From: Macrostomum lignano
Lineage: Eukaryota
Length of the DNA: 51,847 nt
Reading direction: 5' to 3'
Assembly (NCBI GenBank): GCA_002269645.1
Contig: NIVC01004283.1
Span: 1-51,847 of the forward strand
The notes beneath the pieces were generated by a model. The model was not told the DNA's origin and searched no databases. It saw only the letters and a program-made list of their open reading frames with translations. The translations under genes and the position numbers were made by a program. Every line of letters starts with the position of its first letter. Position 1 is the first letter of the stretch. Positions 42,365 through 51,847 of this stretch are shown here, in pieces.

Positions 42365-43678
42365 TCTTCCGCTCGTACTGTTCAGAAGACAGTTCTGACT
42401 CTTGACTGCTTATTTTTTATTCAAGATTTCTTGGTACATGGTGCTTTTCTGAATTCGGGTCATAAAATCAATACAATTACTATCTTTTAGCTTCCTCACG
42501 TGAGAACAGACTCAAAGTTTCTACAAAGTTGCCAAAGAGGAAAACGCAAAATAAATAATAATTATTCTTGTGGTTTTTACAATAGCCACACGGTGTTTTA
42601 GTGAAGATTTAATTTATGATTGTAAGATGCGCTCAATGTTAAATGTAGGGTGAAAAGTTTATCTTTAAAATTTAAAAATTTCGATCTTATTTGTTTTTTA
42701 TTTTGCTCTCTAAACAGTGAAATTGGCCTGTCCCTAGGCAAAGAATATTAAGATCCATTCATTTAGACGAATTAAACAAAGGGGCTTCAGAGCACCTTCT
42801 CCACATTTTAAGAACAAAACAGAAACAGTCTGAATGTGTCTGTGAGTTCTGGTAGAAGCCAACCTTGGAATGGATAAGAGAATATTCGATGGAGAGTATT
42901 TTATTGCTACTCTTCAGTAGGCAAAAGAGCTTGTAGAGAGTTAAAGAGACAAAGGTTCGATTTGTTTTAGCAAGTGTAGCTTAGCAATCGCTGATTGCTA
43001 ACAAGCATTCTAAGAGCTGGCAGAAACCTGCACAGGTACAAACATCGATAAGTACATTTGCTGAGGTTTGTCGAGTTTTGCTCATTTACTGCGAGATTGT
43101 TTTTATGTGCAAAACTCTGGTTGCCTTCAATAAATCTTAGATTCCATTTTGCCCTCCAAGTTTTTTAAATCTATCGTTTTTGCATATGATTATTGATTCC
43201 CTCAATCAGAAATTTGTCCACAGAGGTGGGTGAATGGCCTGTGCTGAACTCTAAATACGATAATTAAAAATACATCTTCACATATCTTGCAAGGACTTTC
43301 GGATATTCTGGGACAGTTGCATAAATTGATGGCTTTTGAAGTTCGGTAAAGAAAATTTTCAACAGTTTCGTGTCCATGGACGCTTGACTTGCTGTGTTCA
43401 AGGACTTCACTGGCCAGGACACAGCAGCTCGAGCTCGAGTGAAATTCGCTCAGATGCTCAGTGGTTCCGAGGCTGACCCCGTAGCAGTGCATAGCCCTTT
43501 CAGACACTTCGAGTCAGCCGATGACAGTCCCAGATTCATGCAGTTACTCGAATGGATTTTTCGAGCAAGGCATTGATGAAGCTTCAACTGAACCGACTGC
43601 ACCAAAAAAACAATTGATTCAGAATTGCTGCACGTTCGCCAGTTCCGGTGAATGAGAATCCAGAGACATTGCTGCCTG

Positions 43679-43885
43679 GGTTTACCCCGAGTCGCCGATT
43701 CCCGATTCGCCGATTCCTGGTTCGCCGAAATTCCCGAGTCGCCGATTCCCGATTTGCCGAAATTCCTGATTTGCCGAAATTCCTTATTTGCCGAAATTCC
43801 TCATTTGCCGAATCCCGACTTGCCGATTTCCTGGTTTGCCGAAATTCCTCATTAGCCGAAATTCCTGATTTGCCGAAATTCTTAA
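43679..43885. mobile_element. Left end of the TIR element family seen at 22609 (GGTTTACCCC plus gccgaaattcc-type subterminal repeats)
   Basis: Inverted match to 22480..22609; preceded by GCTGCCTG. Confidence 0.65.
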
Positions 43886-43929
43886 TCGCTGCTCTGGAAC
43901 TTTTTGAACTTTTTTGAAGAAATTACCAC

Positions 43930-44130
43930 TATGGATATGGATAATATGGATAATACGGATATGCAGATACATGGACATCTGGATAATACGGATATGCAGA
44001 TACATGGACATCTGGATAATACGGATATGCAGATGCATGGACATCTGGATAATACGGATATGCAGATACATGGACATCTGGATAATACGGATATGCAGAT
44101 ACATGGACCTCTGGATAATACGGATATGCG
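43930..44130 (+). repeat. 33-bp tandem repeat (ggataatacggatatgcagatacatggacatct), ~5-6 copies
   Basis: Directly visible ~110 bp upstream of FReD copy 2. Confidence 0.93.
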
Positions 44131-44243
44131 AATCCTCTCAGCGCAGTGTCAATCGGGTATATATATTCCCAGTCTTGCCGCGGCCCTCATCGCCTCGGTC
44201 AGAACTCAGTCAAGCACTCTAACAAGCTCAACTTGCACCAAAA

Positions 44244-45566
44244 ATGCAGTCCTGGACTCTGCTCACCGGCCTTCTGTTGGGTCTCGCCTGCTGCACGGTT
44301 TCTGCAGATTCCAACGGACAGTCGGGTTACATGGACGTGAGCAGCTTCGCTCGAGTCGGCACCACCACATTCAAAGGATCGAAGTTGGGCGTCTTTGAAA
44401 TCGATGGCGTTCGCGTTGCCGAGCCGAGAGTCTCGTTCCAGTCCTCATGCAGTGCCGTGGAGTTCAGTCGGATGTACATGAAGTACCAACTGACTCTGTC
44501 GATTTGCATCGATCCCAATACGCTCCGATCGCGCAAGGGCTCGTCGAAGAAAGTCGACCGCGTGTCAATCATCGGGCTGAATGTGAAGGCGGACCGAGGC
44601 TTGTCCAGCCGACAGTCCGGGCTTTCCGTGATGGCGAAGGTAAAAAACTCGGGCAGGAGTGTCGACCTCGTCTTTCTGTGCAGCTCGTTCCGCAGGTGCC
44701 AGCAACTCAGAAACGAGCTCGTGAGCAACCCGTCGAACATCGGCCGGGCGCTGCAGTTTGAAGCTCTCGGCAGAATCGGCAGCATTCCGGTGAGGTTCGG
44801 CTTCAGGAGCAGCGCCAACCTGCCGAGGCTGAGCTGCAACCGGCACCGCTGGATCGTGTTCCAGAGGCGGGTCGACGGCAGCCTCTCGTTCGCTCAGAAC
44901 TGGGACTCCTATGTGAAGGGATTCGGAAATCCCAGCTCCAACTACTGGATGGGTGAGTTGAGCAGAAGCGGAGATAAAGAGCTTCAGTTACTGGTGAAAG
45001 CAGCATCCAGTCCTTTTTTTACAAAATTGCAAACTTGCTTTTTACAGTTTCGATGTAGGAGCTAATTGCAAAAATATTTAACAATAAAGTAGCTTATTCT
45101 CTATTTTTAACCCACAGGCTTGGACCGGCTGTCCGAGATGACGAAAACTGGTGAAAAGAACGGCTACGCCCTGACTTCCCGGTGCCGGTTAAGAATCGAG
45201 GTCCAGAGCTTCAGAGGCGGGAGGTACAACGCCGAGTTCAGAATGTTCCAAGTGCTCGGTCCTGAGCAGCAGTACCGCCTGCGCGTCGGACTGCAGGTCG
45301 GCCGTTCAGAACTGGGCAACCGATTTCTGCCCCACAACAATATGAGGTTCAGCACATTCGACAGAGATCACGACACGTCCAAGCTTTCGTGCTCTCGAAA
45401 GTTTGGCTACGGTGGTTGGTGGTTTAACAGGTGTCACAGTGTCAACCTGAACGGAGCCTACACCACCGACACAAAAATCACGAATAATCCAACGTACATG
45501 AGCTTCGTCGTGCACGGGAAATACGTTCCAATGAGGCGCAGTCTGATGAAATTCAGGTGCTATTGA
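44244..45566 (+). CDS. Secreted fibrinogen-related protein (FReD copy 2), two exons 44244..44952 and 45118..45566, apparently intact
   Basis: Signal peptide MQSWTLLTGLLLGLACCTVSA; GT..AG phase-1 intron 44953..45117 restoring YWMG-LDRL; complete FBG domain motifs. Confidence 0.92.
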
Positions 45567-46489
45567 TCTTCCGCTCGTGTTGTTCAGCAGACAGTTCTGA
45601 CTCATGACTGCTTATTTTTATTCAAGACTTGTTAGTGTGTTGGAAAGTACACTTTTTCTTTTTTTATGGCTTGCTTTTGCGAGATCATTCTCAAAATTTC
45701 AATTATTTTGGCAAGAGAAAAACGCAAAATTATAACATCTTATTCTATTTGATCTATTTGCGTACATTCAAAGACGCTGCAAATATGTACGAATGCTGTT
45801 TTTGTGGCAAGTCAATTAATCAACGATTAATTATTTAATAAAATCAAATTATGATTTCGATAATAAAAGTAGTTTTAAAATCTTAGAAAGCGTCCTTTTG
45901 TATCTTCTTTGCCAACTGTCTGTCAGTGATAGCGAACTTGTATTTGATTGCACGCTCACCCGCATCCTCAATCATGTACGTAATTTTATGGATTTTTGAG
46001 CTGCATTGAATCGACTGAAATCGAATATTTGTATTGCCGTGTAACACGAGCTGCTTTTACAAAAACAAACTTCTCTTTCGTCGCGCGCTCATTACACTTT
46101 GAAAATCGGAAAGTTGCTTTGTTTCTTTTCGCTTTGCTCTCCACTCCAGGAAGCGGCACCGGCCTGTCCCAGCCCAATTTTAAAAAAAATGCGGACTTAT
46201 TAAATTTGAAAAGTCCACAAAAGATTGTCCGATGTATTTTAGGGCACCTTCTCGCACCTGAAACGCAGCAGAGAATATTCGAAAAATCGCATCAGATTCT
46301 TTTATTGCTACTCGTCAGTAGGGAAATACGTTGTAAAGGGTTAGCTGAAGGTCGACTTAACGATCTTTCTATCTTTCGAGTAGGGATCATTTATATGAAG
46401 CTTCAACCGAACCGACTGCACTAAAAGACCAATTGATGCAGAATTGCTGGCACGCCAGTTCCAGTTAATGATCCATCATGTAGAACCCA

Positions 46490-47130
46490 TTCGCTGGTCT
46501 ACGTCGTTTGGCAAGGCGGCTTACAGAGTTTGATTTCTAAATTTTTTCTGTTCAGATTTACGCAGGCTGAATTCCAGATGCACTTTGTTTGGGCAACTGA
46601 TGCACCGTTTCGCCAAAAAACGAGTTATTCCTCTGGCGAATCCTTAAAATCGTTCTTTGCATTCGAACACTTCTCACTGTTCATCGCGATGTACTCAGCA
46701 AAAACTGGCTGTCGTTTGAATTCAATCATTCGGTGCACCTTGAGCAGCTTTCTGTCTTGCAAACGGTAGTACTGTAAGAATGCAAAACGTAAGAAAAAAT
46801 ATTGTGGCATCTGCACTACATGGTAATGCATTGCACCCTCATTTGAACTGGTGCCATTTTGTGGTTTTTTGTGGTTGCTTTGTTGTCTACTCAGTTTTCG
46901 GGTGATGCATATTTACAAATGACATTCCTCCACGAATGCCCTTCTCAGATATTATGTTCATTTTCTATGGCATGCAGTTGAAAAAAGTGTACGGCTTTCG
47001 AGGTTGTCAATTGCTGCAGGCTAAGCTTTCGAAACCCTAAAAAATGTCATGAGCTGGCCGAATTTTTACAGTTCTTGGTAAGCTAGCATGTAGTCGTGCA
47101 GCTTTTTTCCAGCAGAATGCATTTGCTGAA
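46490..47130 (-). pseudogene. Decayed relic of a second Maverick pPolB (polymerase part)
   Basis: Minus-strand pieces KKLHDYMLAYQEL...FRKLSL, EKGIRGGMSFVNMH, KVHRMIEFKRQPVFAEYIAMNSEK, NNSFFGET match the first pPolB (KTLKEYMLCYLEL..FRKLSL, ERGIRGGMSFVNIH, RINRMIEYKQEPIFADYVNMNSVK, NNALFGKT). Confidence 0.85.
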
Positions 47131-50100
47131 TGTTGAAATGAACAAGTCATGAGCTGAGAGTATGCGAGACAAGACGAATGTGCCAAGTGCACCGACCGCC
47201 AACGATACGATTTATTACAAGCGAGGTTCAATAGTAGCCACCCCCACCCCAGGGCTAAAACACCAACAATGTACATTAAAATCACGATAGAGCAGAGACG
47301 TGCAAAGAGCGTGAGCCACGGACCAAGAGTACACGCACAGAGTTAAGAATACAAACAATACACGGAGTAAAAGCGCACCCCAACCCCACGCACCAGGCCC
47401 AACACTGCCCCCGCCAAAGCAAACAAAGACTGAAACCACAAGAACAAAATCAAAGAGTCAAGTACAGTCACAAAGAGTCACTAGACTTTATAGCAGACAG
47501 GCTGGCGAGGCCGAAGCTCGTACGGCTCTCGCTGGCCACTGTTCATTGGCGCCACCGTTGGTTCCGGATCAGGAAGGTGCTCAACCATGGCGCCAGGAAG
47601 CTGCTCCGGCAACTCCGCCTCAGGTTCAGCCCCCTCAGGCGACCCAGGCGCACTCGGCCGGCCGGTCCACTGATTCGAGTGCGCCAGCCGCAGGCCGCCG
47701 TCCGATTGGTCCGCAGGGGCTACCAGAGCCGTGTTCTGGCCGTGCTGCACCACGAACTTGCCCGGAACCGGCGAAAATCCCGGACGCATCCTCAGCCAGA
47801 TTGGATCGCCCACCTGCTCAGTCATGGTTAGCGGGTGGCGAAGGCGACGACCCCACATCAGAACGTCCGGAGATGCCGCTCTATTTCCACTGGGCCGGCT
47901 GGTCCTGATCGTCAGCAGCAGTTTCTGCAGGAAGTGGTCGAACGGCACTATCTTCGTCCACGCCTTGAGTCCATCCTTGATGATCCTCACCAGCCTTTCT
48001 GCCTGACCGTTCGAGGCCGGATGGTACGGTGGAGTGTGCAGCTCCTGGCACCCGATGCTGCGCAGCCACTGGGACACTTTCTCCGACTTGAACTCCGGCG
48101 CATTGTCCGACACCAGCGTCCGAGGCACTCCGTTCCTGGCAAATACCGCTCTCAGAACCCGCAGGACACTGTCCGCAGTTCGGTCTGGCACCTGAATCGC
48201 CTCAGGCCACCCGGAGTAGGAGTCCGACAGCAGCAGTAGCAGGCCGACACCAGAAATCTCACAATGGTCCATGTGAACCCGGGACCATGGCTCACTCTCG
48301 GCTGGCCAGGTGTCGATTCTTCGCTGCAGGACTGGCCGAGTTTCTGAACACTGCTGGCAGCGCTCCACAAAGCTGCGAACATCGCGATCGAGACCCGGCC
48401 ACCAGAACTCCTTGGAGATGTGCGCCTTGGTGTTGTCGGCGCTCGATGCACCTCGTCGTGCGCCACCTCCAGAATGCGCCTGCGGAGAACAGGTGGGGGC
48501 ACAATTCTGGTTCCGTGGATCACCAGACCGTCTTCCACCGACAGCGCCTCCCGGCACGCTTTGTACGGCCTCTCCACCTGCGACACCTGGCCCCACCGGC
48601 CTGTTCTGATCCTCTGCTGCAGCCGCTTCATCAACGCGCACATCCTGGTTCCCTCACGAAGATCCTGCAGAGTCACAAGAGCTCCTTCTGACACGACCTC
48701 TTCATGCTCCAACTGGTGCACAGCGTCACTTGGAGGGTCTTGGGCAGCAAAACTCAAGCGAGACAAGGCATCCGCATCCACCATCAGTCTTCCTGGCACA
48801 TACTCAACCTCGTAGTCAAAAGCAGACAGTCGCAGGGCCCAGCGAGTTAGTCTTGCCGACACTGTTTTAGGAAGGTTCTTGCTGGGATTGAAGATGTACT
48901 TCAGTGGCTCGTGGTCAGTCTGGAGCGTGAACCTCTTCCCCAGGAGCATCTTGCGGGCTCGCTCCACCGCCCAGACAATGGCCAGAGCCTCCCGCTCAAT
49001 TTTGGAGTAGTTGGCCTCAGACTTGGTCAGCGCCCGAGAGAGGTACATGACTGGGTGCCCTGACTGCACCAGCACAGCGCCCAGAGACTGCTCGCTAGCA
49101 TCCACCCGCAGACGCACCGGCGAGTTGACGTCAAACGGTTTCACACACGGATTCGAGCTCAGGCTCTGCTTCACATTGGTGAACGCTGCCTCGGCAGCCG
49201 CACTCCAGTCAAACACACGGTCCGCTCGACGAAGTTCCTGCAGAGGCCGACACTTCTCAGCAAAGTTGGGAACCAACCGACCATAGAACTGCGCCAAGCC
49301 CAGAAACCGCTCTAGATCCTTCTTGCTTTTCGGAGCCTCCACATCCTGAATCTTCTGCACCATTCCCGGATCCGGCTTGATCCCCTCTTCATCGATGATG
49401 TGGCCCAGGAACTTTAGGCTTCTGGCCTCCAAAATGCACTTCGCTTCGTTGATTTTCACATTAGCCGCCCTCAGCTTGTCCAGCACCTTCTCTCTGATAT
49501 TCTGCAGCTCCGCCTTTGACACTGCTCCCATGAGCACATCATCCTGGTACACGATGACACTTGGGTGCTCACCCAGCAGCTTCTCCATCTCGCGCTGGAA
49601 CACAGATGGAGAAACCTTGATGCCGTACGGCAGCCTGTTAAAGCGGTAGCAGCCGAAAGGGGTGTTGATCGTGGTGATGTCTTTTGACTCATTTTCCAGC
49701 GGAACCTGATAATAAGCGTCAGATAAGTCCAGTCGGCAGAACAACTTCTTGTTTGCCATCTTTGAGAAGGCTGTCTCGATGGACGGAGTCAAGTACGTCT
49801 GGTCCTGCACCCACTGATTGACAGCTGTGTAGTCTCCGCAGATCCTCACAGACATCTTGTCGGATTTCACCGTCACCACTATGGGGCTGCCCCACTCTGA
49901 GGACGTCACCTTCTCAACTATGCCCGCCTTCTCCATCAGGTCCAGCTCCTTCTTCACCAATGGACGCAGCGCCAGCGGCAGCACTCTGGCTGGTTGGAAA
50001 ATCGGCCTGGCTCCCGCCTTCAACAGGATCTCGCCAACTGCTCCCTTAATGCCCAACAAGCTCTCGTACCTGTTGTTGCTGGGCGGCTTGGCCTCATCTG

Positions 50101-51640
50101 AGTGGTGAGCTGGCAGCGAGCTGAGCAGATCCCGGCCGAGCAACCCGAACTTCTGCTCGCATTCGATGACGGGCAGCTCCGCCGCAGCGAAGCGGCCATC
50201 AGGGCCGCCAGTCTCCACCAGGCACTCCAGGATGCCGAGCTGCTTCATCACGTGCCCGTCGTAGGCCAGCATCCGAGACTTGGGCGACTTCAGTGGCGGC
50301 CTGCCGAGTTCTTCCCAGATCTTTCTCGAGATTAGTGAGCACGAGGCGCCGCTGTCCTTTTCCATTTTGACCTGCCTTCTGTTGATTTTCACATCGCAGA
50401 ATGCAGCAGGGGTGCCCGCACCGCAGTAGAAAACCGGCTCGTCTCTGGTCACGGCTGAGTCAGAGTGCTTGGATTCGTTGGGTGCGACAAAGTGGGTCCT
50501 GGCACTCCGGCAGACCTTCGCGAAGTGGCCAGTCTTCCCGCACTTGTGACAGGTGACCTTCAGGGCCCGGCAGTCTGTCGGTCTGCGATGTTGCGCCTGG
50601 CCGCAGCGCTGGCAGCTCTGGCCTCCACCGGCTCTGGGCCTCACCATCTCAGCCGCGTTGATGCTGTTGGCACCAGCAGAATCCTCTTCTGGCACCTCCT
50701 GGCTAGCGGGCGATGCCTGATGCACCGCCGAGTCTCCTTCAGCTTGGCCGGAGGCAGTCGTGGCCCGAACGGAAATTTGCTCACCATCTGAAGTTGCTGC
50801 ACGTACTCGGTGATCTGGCTCACCGAGAGCTCTGCGGAGACTTCGCGCTCGAGAACCTTGCTCCGGACCTCCTGGTTGCTGAGACCGGCGATGAGGCGCA
50901 TTTTGATCAGCTGCTCAGCTGGATCAACATTCTCGCCCTTCAGCTTCTCGAATTCGCATACCACCGCCTGCTCTTGAAGTCGGGCAGCGAAGCCGACAAC
51001 CGTCTCGCCGTCTCCTTGGCGCATGGACATGAAAGCCGCTCTCTCGGCAATCAGCAGCCTCTTCTTGGGTTCCAGAAAAATCACGAGGCACTCCTTGATT
51101 TCCGCCCACTTCATCTGCGAGAGCGGTTTGGGCGCGACCAGCTGCTTCACTTTGATGAGCTGAGCCACGCCAAGGCAGCCAAGGAAGGCATCGGTCAACG
51201 CCAGATTGCCGGCTGTGTCTTCAGTGCGATCGGTGTCCTTCAATCCTTTTGATCGCGCCTGGGCGTCAAAGACCTCGATCCATGCCCGCAACTCTTCAAT
51301 GTTGTTTAGAGGCAGTGGGTCTCGTAGCTTTATAGACATCTGTAGATCCTGCTTGCGACGCCAAAATGTTGAAATGAACAAGTCATGAGCTGAGAGTATG
51401 CGAGACAAGACGAATGTGCTAAGTGCACCGACCGCCAACGATACGATCTATTACAAGCGAGGTTCAATAGTAGCCACCCCCACCCCAGGGCTAAAACACC
51501 AACAATGTACATTAAAATCACGATAGAGCAGAGACGTGCAAAGAGCGTGAGCCACGGACCAAGAGTACACGCACAGAGTTAAGAATACAAACAATACACG
51601 GAGTAAAAGCGCACCCCAACCCCACGCACCAGGCCCAACA
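47131..51640 (-). mobile_element. Full-length Ty3/Gypsy (Mag-like) element C, related to B
   Basis: 274-bp LTRs (47131..47404, 51367..51640) with ~2 substitutions, 5-bp TSD CTGAA, PBS 51345..51363, PPT ggcgggggcag. Confidence 0.96.
47481..51339 (-). CDS. Gag-Pol of Gypsy C with two frameshifts (~50720, ~48440)
   Basis: Starts MSIKLRDPLPL at 51339; highly similar to the Gypsy B polyprotein throughout; ends RPRQPVCYKV*. Confidence 0.93.
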
Positions 51641-51645
51641 CTGAA

Positions 51646-51847
51646 CAAGACGAACATCGCTGGAGATGGAGATGCGTGAATACCTTTTTTGCATCGCAGC
51701 TGCAGGCACATGCTCCGCCAACTTTGTGGCATTCTGATCCTTCTTTCACTGGGAATTTTTGACACTTCATAATCGGTATAAACGACAACTGGGAGACTCA
51801 GCGTCTTCTACTAAGCCATAAATTGCACTACATTGTCACTTTCATCT
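51646..51847 (-). pseudogene. Upstream part of the pPolB relic (ExoI region), separated from 46490..47130 by Gypsy C
   Basis: DESDNVVQFMA**KTLSLPVVVYTDYE and TKLAEHVPAAA vs first pPolB DEDHNVLRFTAWEKTISPPFIVYADFE and VKLTEHVAVAA. Confidence 0.8.

Noticed and set aside
43202-43507. 101-aa minus-strand ORF in the FReD spacer
   Set aside because: No recognisable motif, and the paralogous spacer at ~46100..46470 lacks this segment.
43784-44222. Repeat-peptide ORFs (HGHLDNTDMQI)n
   Set aside because: Products of the 33-bp tandem repeat; no domain context.
45880-45990. Possible C-terminal piece of the pPolB relic
   Set aside because: Similarity too weak to call by eye; left for tBLASTn.

Overview
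Eukaryotic (invertebrate-animal-like, with GT-AG introns) window that is almost entirely a nest of mobile elements inside what looks like a tandem array of fibrinogen-related (FReD) genes. 64..16847 is a near-complete Maverick/Polinton (adintovirus-like) element: left TIR, PC4-like gene, integrase-chromodomain, penton, basic core protein, hexon (split by a solo LTR), adenain protease, packaging ATPase, two conserved small ORFs, a DEDD-like nuclease, an intact but divergent TATA-binding-protein (TBP) homolog, protein-primed PolB, a Zn-finger/repeat ORF and a truncated right TIR. It is followed by a decayed intron-containing THAP/P-type transposase with nested solo LTRs, two Ingi-like LINEs (one with a candidate HDV-like ribozyme and a perfect 2A peptide), four Ty3/Gypsy elements (two with both LTRs and 5-bp TSDs), two FReD paralogs whose differences cluster in the ligand-binding subdomain, and a second decayed Maverick PolB relic. 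The most notable signal is the Maverick carrying its own TBP-like plus PC4-like genes. All homology calls are by eye from motifs; no searches or folding programs were run. Many single-base frameshifts could be either decay or assembly errors.
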